A stretch of DNA of 64,000 nt from Bacteriovoracia bacterium. GTDB lineage: Bacteria > Bdellovibrionota > UBA1018 > CAIPTA01. Within the stretch, counting starts at the first letter, position 1, and each line of letters begins with the position of its first letter. The translations under genes and the position numbers were made by a program. Below the pieces are notes generated by a model. That model saw nothing but the letters and a program-made list of their open reading frames with translations, was not told the origin of the DNA and did not search any database. Location: the NCBI GenBank assembly GCA_050246755.1, contig JBFWVL010000001.1, forward strand, positions 736,001-800,000, written 5' to 3'. This document shows, piece after piece, positions 49,037 to 57,646 of this stretch.

Positions 49037-50475
49037 ACAGCGATTTTCGCCCAGATTTTTTTGACCTTGCGCTCGCCCTGCCGCCGGAGCTCAGGTTAGC
49101 GCTGAGCGGCGTTCCGCATGTTTTGCAGGATCAATTCGGCAATATGATCTCCCAGTTCGCTCCGGAGCAGGCCACGGGCATCACTGAGCAGCTCAAGCTG
49201 GAGGGCAAGTTCGTGGCAACTTTGCGCTTAGGGGCCGCGGAGGCGAAAATCATCCTCGCGTTGTTACAGTCCTCCATGGATCTGGAATTTCGCGCCATGA
49301 ACGCGCGCACCGAAGCCGAAACCCAAACCCTGCTTACGAACGATCTCAGTCACCTCTTGCGTCTTTCGGAACAAAATAATTTAGAATTTGAAAACCTGCT
49401 CAAGCATTTCTTAAAAATTCTGCGGGCGCACGTGTGGGTGGAGCGCGCTTCGATCTATGGAATCTACGACGGCTTCACGCTCGAAGGCCTCGCCGGAGTG
49501 GGCGGTGGCGACCAAGTGGACTGGAAGCTGGCTTTCTCGTCTATCGCCGGCTATGCCGCCACTTCTCGGCGCCCCTATCATTCTGAAAATCCGAAAGAGG
49601 ATGAAAAGTTTCAGAAGAAAGAAGGCGCCTTCGTGCCACGTAATCTTCTTTGCTTCCCCCTGCTCCATGGCAATACCCTCGTGGGCGTAATGAACCTCTC
49701 GAACCGCGTGGGCGGCGCCTTTACCCCCTCTGACCTCGAGAAGGTGGGCCGTTTCGCGAGCATGGCATCCCACGTGCTCCAAAAGCATTACTTTAAAAAG
49801 CGTATGCAGAGCTTTGAGCGCACCTCGGACCATCTGGGAAAATACCTTTCCAGCAAAGTGGTGAAGAACGTGAAGAGCAAGGATCAGCTGGAGCTCGGCG
49901 GGATCGAAAAGAAGGTGGTCTGCCTTTTTTCCGATATCCGCGGCTATACCTCGATCACCGAAGGGATTTCGGCTCCTAACTTAGTGAAGCTATTGAATTT
50001 CTATTTCGAACGGATGCATTCCGTGATTGAAAAATATGAGGGCACTCTCGATAAGATCGTAGGCGATCTCATCATGGCGGTTTGGAATATTCCTAACGAC
50101 CAACCCGACCCGGAGCTTTTGGCGATGAAGGCCGCGATCGAAATGCAGAAAGAGATGATCCGAACGGTAGTCCCCGAATGGAAGCGGCATGGGGTAAATA
50201 AGGTGGGAATGGGAATCGGCGTGAACGCTGGTTCCGCCGTGGTGGGCAATTTAGGTTCCTCCCATTTCATGAACTATACGGTGATCGGCGACACGATCAA
50301 TACCGCGCAACGCCTTGAATCTAAGGCGGGATCCGGGGAAATCTGGATGGCCGAACACCTTTTCCCTTTCGTGAGCGGAAAGCTGGAAAAGCCCGTGCGG
50401 AAAGAATGTCAGATTCGCTTGAAGGGCAAAGAAGACTCGATCGATGCGTACGTGTACCGCCCCCTGAGCTACTGA
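49033..50475 (+). CDS. GAF-domain class III adenylate cyclase
   Basis: GAF (GYAA..NLLCFPL..VGVMNL.N...F); FSDIRGYT, DKIVGDLIM, YTVIGDTINTAQRLE; TTG start after GGAGG. Confidence 0.9.
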   Translation: MNSDFRPDFFDLALALPPELRLALSGVPHVLQDQFGNMISQFAPEQATGITEQLKLEGKFVATLRLGAAEAKIILALLQSSMDLEFRAMNARTEAETQTLLTNDLSHLLRLSEQNNLEFENLLKHFLKILRAHVWVERASIYGIYDGFTLEGLAGVGGGDQVDWKLAFSSIAGYAATSRRPYHSENPKEDEKFQKKEGAFVPRNLLCFPLLHGNTLVGVMNLSNRVGGAFTPSDLEKVGRFASMASHVLQKHYFKKRMQSFERTSDHLGKYLSSKVVKNVKSKDQLELGGIEKKVVCLFSDIRGYTSITEGISAPNLVKLLNFYFERMHSVIEKYEGTLDKIVGDLIMAVWNIPNDQPDPELLAMKAAIEMQKEMIRTVVPEWKRHGVNKVGMGIGVNAGSAVVGNLGSSHFMNYTVIGDTINTAQRLESKAGSGEIWMAEHLFPFVSGKLEKPVRKECQIRLKGKEDSIDAYVYRPLSY

Positions 50476-50591
50476 CTCCCGAAATTTTTTCAAAATACCT
50501 TTCCCTACTTAATAGAAATTGTTGACGACGCAATGCGTTAAGGCTACAAAGGCAAGGCTTTAAGCAACTTTTTTAGTCAAGTGGAGATTGA

Positions 50592-51371
50592 ATGAAAAAA
50601 TACTTAGTCATTTCAATAGCATATCTATGCTTGGCCGGAACTGCGATGGCAGCCCCTTTAAGCGTAGCGCAACTAAATTCTGAAATGAAAGGGCTCCTTG
50701 CCTCCCTCCAAAACAGCCGGACCCAAGCCTCCCTTACTTTTAAGGACGTCCGCACCTCCAGCAAACAAGCCTTGGGCCTGGCCATGAGCGCACTCTATAA
50801 AAAAGTAGGCGCAAAGAACGAGTTCGGCGTGCGGCTTACCAATCTCAGTTACCAATACGGCTCCCGCCCCACCACGAAGGGCGAAGGCACCGTAGAGCTG
50901 GATTTTACGAAGCTGATGGCCCAGGAAGACCTTAACCAGCTAATTCCCAGCATTCAGACCATGGTGGATGGAATTGCCAATAGCTACGCCGCTCAATATG
51001 GCCAAGCCGGAAACCTAGTGGCCAAGGTAAGCGATTTGAAAAAAGATGCGCAGGGAAACTACGTGAGCCTCAAGGCAAACGTAACCTTCCGCTTGGACTA
51101 CGCTAAGCTGCCCGCCAATCTACGCCGCGAAGACGTGATGTTCGACAGCGGCCGCTTTAATTTCTCTCTAGACGTGAAACAAGGCATCACCTTCCACTTC
51201 GATCTGGCCAGCAATGGCGCCTACAAGGGCTTCGAAGCAAATGAGAAGGGCCTGAAGGAATATATTGAAGCCCTTCTCGCTAAAGATGCCTCCACGATGG
51301 ACGAAATCAAAACGATGTTCCGTCAGCTGGATGAGGGCGCCGAGGGAATCGTGGAAGGAAAACTGCGCTGA
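50592..51371 (+). CDS. Secreted hypothetical protein
   Basis: SD GGAG; signal peptide ending AMA; upstream TTGACG-N17-TACAAA. Confidence 0.85.
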   Translation: MKKYLVISIAYLCLAGTAMAAPLSVAQLNSEMKGLLASLQNSRTQASLTFKDVRTSSKQALGLAMSALYKKVGAKNEFGVRLTNLSYQYGSRPTTKGEGTVELDFTKLMAQEDLNQLIPSIQTMVDGIANSYAAQYGQAGNLVAKVSDLKKDAQGNYVSLKANVTFRLDYAKLPANLRREDVMFDSGRFNFSLDVKQGITFHFDLASNGAYKGFEANEKGLKEYIEALLAKDASTMDEIKTMFRQLDEGAEGIVEGKLR

Positions 51372-51383
51372 TTTATTTTCTGC

Positions 51384-52337
51384 CTAGTTGGTAAGCATCG
51401 CCCGCAAAATTTGCTTATGATTCTCGGGTAGGCTCGACTCTAAGAGACGGGTTAGAAATTCGCCCATTTTTTTTGCCGGCACGGCGTAGGAAAGCTCCTC
51501 CCAGACGGCGGCATCCTGCGTTTTATAAATATCGCTCAGGTAGGAGCTCGTGCGTGCTCTATCGCTCTTGGGAATACGTCCGGTCCAAATAATGCCCACC
51601 ACGTTTCCGGTATCGCGATCCACGATGGCGGATCCCGAATCACCGTGAGAAACGTCGCACCCCAAAGCAAAACTCCAGGCGCGATAACTTCCCGGGTTCC
51701 ACTGATCGGGATCGGCCATCAGGCGATACTCCCCGTTCTTAGAAAATACGTAGCAATCGGAATCTTGGTTCGCCATCAGTACGCCGTTGGGATTACCTGC
51801 CACGCCGAATCCCACGGTGAGAAGTTTTTCTCCCATGCGGATATCCTCGTTAAAACGGAAATTACCTGCCACGCCGAGGAGCTTGCCCTCATCGGCCGGG
51901 CCGCTCACGCGCACGGTGAACAGAGCCAAATCAATTTCGGGCCAGGTGCCGAGGAACTGGTCGCAAGCTACCGTTACGCCCAGGAGAGGGAAACGAATGC
52001 TGCGCGCACTTCCGCAGCTGCTCGAGGAGGGAAAAACGTGATGGTTGGTGGCCATCACAAATTGTCCATTGAACTTTCCAAGGTAGAAGCCCGTGGCGCC
52101 GCCCACTTTCGCGGTCGCGAGCGCCGCTCGCTGAAGGGCCGGAGAAGCCAAATTCAGGTCTTCGGCCCCAAGCGGACGTTTTCCCCATTCGTCTCCAAGG
52201 CGATAGTCGTCGGTCCCGAGGGCATCGATGATTCCTAACCCGGTTTTCGTTTGGGCATTAGGAGCAGGTAAAACAGCGTGAGCCGTGCCAGCCAGCAATA
52301 GGAAAAATAAAGCCGCGAAACCAGTGCACTTTTTCAT
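51384..52337 (-). CDS. Secreted trypsin-like (S1) serine protease
   Basis: Signal peptide; ATNHHV, EIDLAL, GDSGS triad motifs; SD GGAGG. Confidence 0.9.
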   Translation of the reverse strand: MKKCTGFAALFFLLLAGTAHAVLPAPNAQTKTGLGIIDALGTDDYRLGDEWGKRPLGAEDLNLASPALQRAALATAKVGGATGFYLGKFNGQFVMATNHHVFPSSSSCGSARSIRFPLLGVTVACDQFLGTWPEIDLALFTVRVSGPADEGKLLGVAGNFRFNEDIRMGEKLLTVGFGVAGNPNGVLMANQDSDCYVFSKNGEYRLMADPDQWNPGSYRAWSFALGCDVSHGDSGSAIVDRDTGNVVGIIWTGRIPKSDRARTSSYLSDIYKTQDAAVWEELSYAVPAKKMGEFLTRLLESSLPENHKQILRAMLTN

Positions 52338-52417
52338 GAAATCCCTCCGGCCATTAGTGTGCTACTGCGCCCGGATTTTATCTTCAGACATTCCCTGACA
52401 GTTCCGATAGGCAGAGT

Positions 52418-52732
52418 ATGAAAGTATTTTGCCTAATGATTTTAACGGCCTTACTCGGATCAACCGTGGCCGCGAACGCCGCTAGTACCGTGCAGATCTA
52501 CCGATGGAATCCAGGCTTTCGCGTGGAATCCGAACCAGTTTTCGAAATGGAATCGACGGAAGAGGATTTTTCTTCACTGCTCGCGAAACCGGAGGAAACA
52601 CTACGTAAAAATTCCGCGCCCGTTTTCACCGGATGCTACGTCGTGAAAAAAAGTTTTGCGCGCTCTATCGCGTCCGCGGGAGAGAACCAGCCAGCGCTCT
52701 ATCGAATCTGTCTGCACCAAGCCCAAAACTAA
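52418..52732 (+). CDS. Small secreted hypothetical protein
   Basis: Signal peptide ending ANA; two Cys in mature part; sigma28-like promoter upstream. Confidence 0.65.
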   Translation: MKVFCLMILTALLGSTVAANAASTVQIYRWNPGFRVESEPVFEMESTEEDFSSLLAKPEETLRKNSAPVFTGCYVVKKSFARSIASAGENQPALYRICLHQAQN

Positions 52733-53718
52733 GCCGGCAAACGTCCTATTTCTTTCAGCCAAGTGATTGTGCCGGCGATCGCCGCGTCGATTCGATGAGA
52801 TTTATAGCCGAGATTTTTTTCGGCCTTACTGGAATCCACGTAGAGATACCAGGAAGCCACCTGCCTCACGAGTTCAGGAGTCATGTGAATATCAATTCCC
52901 ATGAGGTTGAGCACACGCAAGGCGCCCGCGAGAGTGCTCATCATCGTTTTAGGCACATATCGCTTGGGCGAAGGACGGCCGAGAATACTGTTCACGCGCA
53001 CGATAAGCTCACCGTAGGAAAGATTTTCACCGCCGAGAATATAGCGCTCGCCGGTGGCGCCTTTTTTCAATGCGAGCATATGGCCGGCCACTACGTCGTT
53101 CACATCCACGAAGTTGATCCCTCCGTGAAAGAGAAACGGCGGCTTGAATTTGTAGATAAGGCCCGCGTACCCTTTTTCGAATCGCCGCGTATCGCCCGGC
53201 CCTAGCAGAGAACCGGGATTTACGATCACGGCATCCAGGCCCCGCTCCACTTCCTTTAAAACTTCGCACTCGGCATCGTATTTGGTGTCGAAATAGGCAA
53301 GCCCGAGCTTCCGGGCATTAAACGGCGTGGACTCATTCATCAAAATCAAGGGGTCTTCGTTCACCCCGATGGCCGCGGTGGAGCTGGTGTGCACGAAACG
53401 TTTCACGCCCTGCTTGCGGGCAGCCTGCGCTATGGCCTGAGTCCCGAGCACGTTCGTCTGGTACATTAGCTCCGCTTTTTTGGGATTATACGAAATGAGG
53501 CCGGCCGTATGGAATACCCAGTCCATTCCCTCGCAGGCGCGTTCCAGTGAGGCCGAATTGCCGAGATCTCCGACCGATACGGTCACCGTAGAGTCCTGGA
53601 AACGTGCCGTGGCTTTAGGATCGCGCACCAGCAACCGCACTTCGTGCCCTTCGTCTAAAAGAGCTTTGGTGAGCTTGGTTCCGAGAAACCCTGCGCCACC
53701 CGTTACGAGGGCCTTCAT
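52729..53718 (-). CDS. NAD-dependent epimerase/dehydratase (extended SDR, HpnA/DFR-like)
   Basis: TGGAGFLG, FHTAG, HTSS, YFDTK (YxxxK), GERYILGG. Confidence 0.9.
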   Translation of the reverse strand: MKALVTGGAGFLGTKLTKALLDEGHEVRLLVRDPKATARFQDSTVTVSVGDLGNSASLERACEGMDWVFHTAGLISYNPKKAELMYQTNVLGTQAIAQAARKQGVKRFVHTSSTAAIGVNEDPLILMNESTPFNARKLGLAYFDTKYDAECEVLKEVERGLDAVIVNPGSLLGPGDTRRFEKGYAGLIYKFKPPFLFHGGINFVDVNDVVAGHMLALKKGATGERYILGGENLSYGELIVRVNSILGRPSPKRYVPKTMMSTLAGALRVLNLMGIDIHMTPELVRQVASWYLYVDSSKAEKNLGYKSHRIDAAIAGTITWLKEIGRLPA

Positions 53719-53765
53719 GTGGACTTCCTCTAGTTTGGGAGTTACTTTAGTGGCCTCAAGATATC

Positions 53766-54608
53766 ATGACCGACGACATCAGCACCCTAGATTTTGTGGC
53801 CTTCGATACCGAGACTACCGGCCTGAGCCCCAGCTCGGAAGGCTTAGTAGAGCTCGCCGCCGTTCGTTTTGATTTGCGCACCGGTGCGAAGGAATATTTC
53901 CAGACTTTCGTGAACCCGCGTAAGCCGATTCCGCCCCAGGTTTCCCGCATCCACGGCATCACCGACGATATGGTTTTTTCCGCGCCCACCATCGATCAAG
54001 TGCTGCCGAGCTTTTTCCGCTTCATCGAGGGCGCCGTGCCGGTGGCCCACAATGCTCCCTTCGATATCGGGTTCATTTCCCTGCACGCGATGAGATCCGG
54101 GCTCACCGCCCCCGATATGCCGATCTTAGATTCCTGCATGTTCTCCCGCCGCGTTTTCTTAGAACAACCCTCGCACCGCCTCGGCGCGCTCGCGGAGGCC
54201 TTCGGCATTCCCACGGGAAACGCCCACCGCGCTCTCGACGATGCCAAAACCTGCATGGAAGTTTTTCGTTTGGCCGTGGGGAAAAGCTGCGGGGTGAATG
54301 CCGGCTGGCAGGAACTGGCGAATCGCCACGGAAAACTCCATTCGTTCACCGACGCTTCCAAGCCCGTGACCCAAACGAAAAAAATCGTCCCTCTCGAGCC
54401 CCTCTTCAAGGCCCTTGAGGAGAGAAAGTCTATTTGGATTAAATATGAAGGTGGCTATAGCGCGCGCGAAATCAGCCCGCTCCTGCTCTACGCCAAGGGG
54501 GCCCAGCAGTACATGGAAGCTACTTGCCACCTCGACGGGATCCGTAAAAGTTTTCGCCTAGACCGTATCAAACAGGTGCTCCATGGCCCTGGAGAGAGGA
54601 AAAAATGA
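53766..54608 (+). CDS. DEDDh 3'-5' exonuclease (DnaQ-like) fused to C-terminal WYL-like domain
   Basis: FDTETTG, AHNAPFD, HRALDD; C-terminal IKY....REISP....YMEATCHL....SFRLDRI. Confidence 0.85.
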   Translation: MTDDISTLDFVAFDTETTGLSPSSEGLVELAAVRFDLRTGAKEYFQTFVNPRKPIPPQVSRIHGITDDMVFSAPTIDQVLPSFFRFIEGAVPVAHNAPFDIGFISLHAMRSGLTAPDMPILDSCMFSRRVFLEQPSHRLGALAEAFGIPTGNAHRALDDAKTCMEVFRLAVGKSCGVNAGWQELANRHGKLHSFTDASKPVTQTKKIVPLEPLFKALEERKSIWIKYEGGYSAREISPLLLYAKGAQQYMEATCHLDGIRKSFRLDRIKQVLHGPGERKK

Positions 54609-55771
54609 AGGCCCTCATTCTGCCGGTAAACCGCGCCACGTGGTCTACCACCAAAGGCTACGAGCTCAGCAATGTTCCGGCGCCCGTGCTCGACGAAAAG
54701 CGCGATCCCGAAGACGCCCACCGTGTTTTGATCGAACCAATCTACGCCGGCGTTTGCGGCACCGATAAAGGGATCTGGTTTCGTAAGGCATTTCGCGATT
54801 CCATCCTGCATCATCTCGAGGCCGACAAGCGCGATTACTTCGTGATGGGCCACGAGCTTCTGGGGCGTATCGTGGAGCTCGGCTCCGAAGCGAAACGCCT
54901 CGGCCGGGTGCACGTAGGCCAAGTGGTGAGCGCCGAATCCCATATCTTCTGCGGGAAATGCCCGATGTGCCTCGCCGGCAACCAGCATGTTTGCGCCAAC
55001 GAACGCATTATCGGCGTAACGTGGGATGGAGTTTTTGCCGAGCGCGTGAAATTGCCCGAGAACGTGCTGTGGCCCACCGTGCTCGAGAAAGTTAGGCCTG
55101 AAATCGCCGCCATTCAGGAACCGTTCGGAAATGCCGTGCATGTTTGCACCCCGAATATGACGAGCTCGGATCTGCGCCACGCGGAAATGCGCGGGAAAAG
55201 CGTGGCCGTATTCGGCTGCGGAACCATCGGCTTATTTTCCATCCTGATCGCCCGGGCCATGGGCGCGAAAAAAATTATTGGGATCGAACCGAATCCGGCA
55301 AACAAGGCGAAGGCCAAAGCGTGCGGCGCCGATGAAGTGATCGACCCCTCGGATCATTCGGCCGCGCATATCCGCGCTCTCACCGAGGGGTACGGCGCCG
55401 ATTATACTCTGGAGATGAGCGGCTTTCCTTCTAGCCTGGTCCAGGCCATCCAAGGCGCCCGCCGCGGCGGAAATATCGTGCTGTTCGGGCTTTCTTCGGG
55501 CGATGTAACGGTTCCCCGATTCGAAGAATTAATCACCGCGGGAAAACGCATCCACGCCATCGTGGGCCGCCGCGTTTTTTCCACCTGGGAGCTCACTAAG
55601 CAACTTCTCGAAGACCGCGGAAATGGCATCCAGGATGCGGTATGGAAGCATGTTTTAGACGAGGGAAAAGGAACCATCCTTCCTCTGAGCGAGTTCACAT
55701 CGGAGCGCTTCGAGCAAAATTTGCTGGAGCATCCCAAGACCCTGATCCAAATTTCTTCGCCTAACGCCTAG
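54605..55771 (+). CDS. tdh: L-threonine 3-dehydrogenase-like zinc alcohol dehydrogenase
   Basis: GVCGTD, GHE, SAESHIFCGKCPMC...HVC, EPFGNAVH, LEMSG; kbl nearby. Confidence 0.8.
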   Translation: MKALILPVNRATWSTTKGYELSNVPAPVLDEKRDPEDAHRVLIEPIYAGVCGTDKGIWFRKAFRDSILHHLEADKRDYFVMGHELLGRIVELGSEAKRLGRVHVGQVVSAESHIFCGKCPMCLAGNQHVCANERIIGVTWDGVFAERVKLPENVLWPTVLEKVRPEIAAIQEPFGNAVHVCTPNMTSSDLRHAEMRGKSVAVFGCGTIGLFSILIARAMGAKKIIGIEPNPANKAKAKACGADEVIDPSDHSAAHIRALTEGYGADYTLEMSGFPSSLVQAIQGARRGGNIVLFGLSSGDVTVPRFEELITAGKRIHAIVGRRVFSTWELTKQLLEDRGNGIQDAVWKHVLDEGKGTILPLSEFTSERFEQNLLEHPKTLIQISSPNA

Positions 55772-55842
55772 AGCCCTGGGGATATTTTCCCCATACGGCG
55801 GCCTCAAGCCCAATGGTTTCTATTTAATTGCACTTGGGCAAC

Positions 55843-55858
55843 TGGCATCTCCCTTGCT
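55843..55858 (+). promoter_or_regulatory. Sigma54 -24/-12 promoter upstream of lipoprotein gene
   Basis: TGGCATCTCCCTTGCT = GG-N10-GC. Confidence 0.7.
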
Positions 55859-55901
55859 CTGCATGGTTCGGTTGGATTCCCCAACCAAGGGGTGGTTAAA
55901 A

Positions 55902-56411
55902 ATGAGATTTCGCGACGCGCACTTTATCGAAGCCTTGTACGTGGTCTTTCTCGCTTTCTGCTTAGTGGCCCTGAGCTCCTGCTCCTACCAGAAAAACTTG
56001 GAAAAAAAGGTGGAACAGGAAGCCGTGGCCGAGCCTGCCGTGGCGCCCGGCCCTGAACTTTCTGCCGCGAGCGAAGGCGTGATTTTCGACGCCCCCAACT
56101 TGAAGCCCGAGCAGAAAGAAAAGCTGAAGGCCCTTCATGCCCGGACCACTGAGAAAATGACCAAGATTCGCGAGGAAATCGGCCAGCACCAGATGGTGCT
56201 GGTAAAAAATCTGGTTAATCCAAAATCCGATGACAACAAGATTAAAGTTGTCCGAGAAAAGATCCTCGATTTGGAACGCGAGAGAACAAATCTTTGGCTG
56301 AATAGCCTGGATGAAGCCAAACGCATTCTGGGACGCCGCACAGAAGGAGACGAACGGCTCTATCGGGCCTTTATCCTTACCGAACCTGCCAGCACCCGCG
56401 CCATGCAGTAA
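55902..56411 (+). CDS. Helical lipoprotein, Spy/CpxP/ZraP-like
   Basis: Lipobox LSSC; NLKPEQKEKL (LTxEQ-like) followed by helical hairpin. Confidence 0.65.
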   Translation: MRFRDAHFIEALYVVFLAFCLVALSSCSYQKNLEKKVEQEAVAEPAVAPGPELSAASEGVIFDAPNLKPEQKEKLKALHARTTEKMTKIREEIGQHQMVLVKNLVNPKSDDNKIKVVREKILDLERERTNLWLNSLDEAKRILGRRTEGDERLYRAFILTEPASTRAMQ

Positions 56412-56447
56412 CTTGCCCTTAAGGCAAGGCCGCGCTAAAACGTGGGG

Positions 56448-57644
56448 ATGTACGGAAAATTTCGCGCCCATATTGAGCAACAACTAACCGAAATCGAAGC
56501 CGCGGGCCTTTATAAGCGGGAACGAAAGATCGAAGGCCCTCAGGCCAGCCACATTAAGGTGGCGGGCAAGGAAGTACTGAATTTCTGCGCCAATAACTAC
56601 CTCGGCCTCTCTTCCCATCCCGAACTCCTCCGCACGGCTCACGAAGGCTTGGATAAATTCGGCTACGGCCTCTCCTCGGTGCGCTTCATCTGCGGCACCC
56701 AAACCATTCATAAAGACTTAGAGCAATCCATCTCCTCCTTTCTCGGAACCGAAGATAGCATTCTCTTTTCCAGCTGCTTCGATGCGAACGGCGGGGTATT
56801 CGAGGCGCTGCTAGGCGAAGAAGACGCCATCATTTCCGACGAGCTCAACCACGCTTCGATCATCGATGGTATACGCCTCTGCAAAGCCGTGCGCTACCGC
56901 TATAAAAACCGCGACCTCGCCGATCTCGAAGCCAAGCTCATCGAAGCCAAATCCCAGCGCTTTCGCCTGATCGTTACCGATGGTGCTTTCTCGATGGACG
57001 GCTCGATTGCCCCGCTCAAAGAAATCTGCGACCTCGCGGAAAAATACGATGCCCTGCTGATGATCGACGACTCGCATGCCTCCGGTTTCATGGGCCCCAA
57101 CGGCCGTGGTACACACGAACATTTCGGCGTGATGGGCAGAGTGGACATCATCACTTCCACGCTGGGAAAAGCCCTCGGCGGCTCGGCCGGAGGATTCGTG
57201 TCCGGGCACCAAGCGATCGTGGATTTACTGCGCCAGCGCGCCCGCCCTTATCTTTTTTCCAATACCCTCACTCCGCCCGTGGTGCGCGCTTCGATCCGCG
57301 CTCTCGAGCTCGTGAGCGATCCCAAGGTGGGCGGAGAAATGCGCAAGCGCCTCTGGGCGAATACCAAGCGCTTCCGCGAGGCTATGGTGGCGGCCGGCTT
57401 CACCATTAAACCCGGCGAACACCCCGTGGTGCCGGTGATGCTCGGCGACGCGAAGCTTTCCCAGGATTTTGCGAAGGAACTGATGAACGAGGGCGTATAT
57501 GTGGCGGGCTTCTTCTTCCCCGTGGTGCCCAAGGGCCAGGCACGTATTCGCGTGCAGCTTTCCGCCGGCCATTCCCCCGAAGATGTGGAAAACGCGATCG
57601 CGGCTTTCGCTAAGGTGGGCAAGAAGCTCGGCGTGATTCAGTAA
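56448..57644 (+). CDS. kbl: 2-amino-3-ketobutyrate CoA ligase (glycine C-acetyltransferase)
   Basis: [51 protein letters not shown]. Confidence 0.96.
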   Translation: MYGKFRAHIEQQLTEIEAAGLYKRERKIEGPQASHIKVAGKEVLNFCANNYLGLSSHPELLRTAHEGLDKFGYGLSSVRFICGTQTIHKDLEQSISSFLGTEDSILFSSCFDANGGVFEALLGEEDAIISDELNHASIIDGIRLCKAVRYRYKNRDLADLEAKLIEAKSQRFRLIVTDGAFSMDGSIAPLKEICDLAEKYDALLMIDDSHASGFMGPNGRGTHEHFGVMGRVDIITSTLGKALGGSAGGFVSGHQAIVDLLRQRARPYLFSNTLTPPVVRASIRALELVSDPKVGGEMRKRLWANTKRFREAMVAAGFTIKPGEHPVVPVMLGDAKLSQDFAKELMNEGVYVAGFFFPVVPKGQARIRVQLSAGHSPEDVENAIAAFAKVGKKLGVIQ

Positions 57645-57646
57645 AC

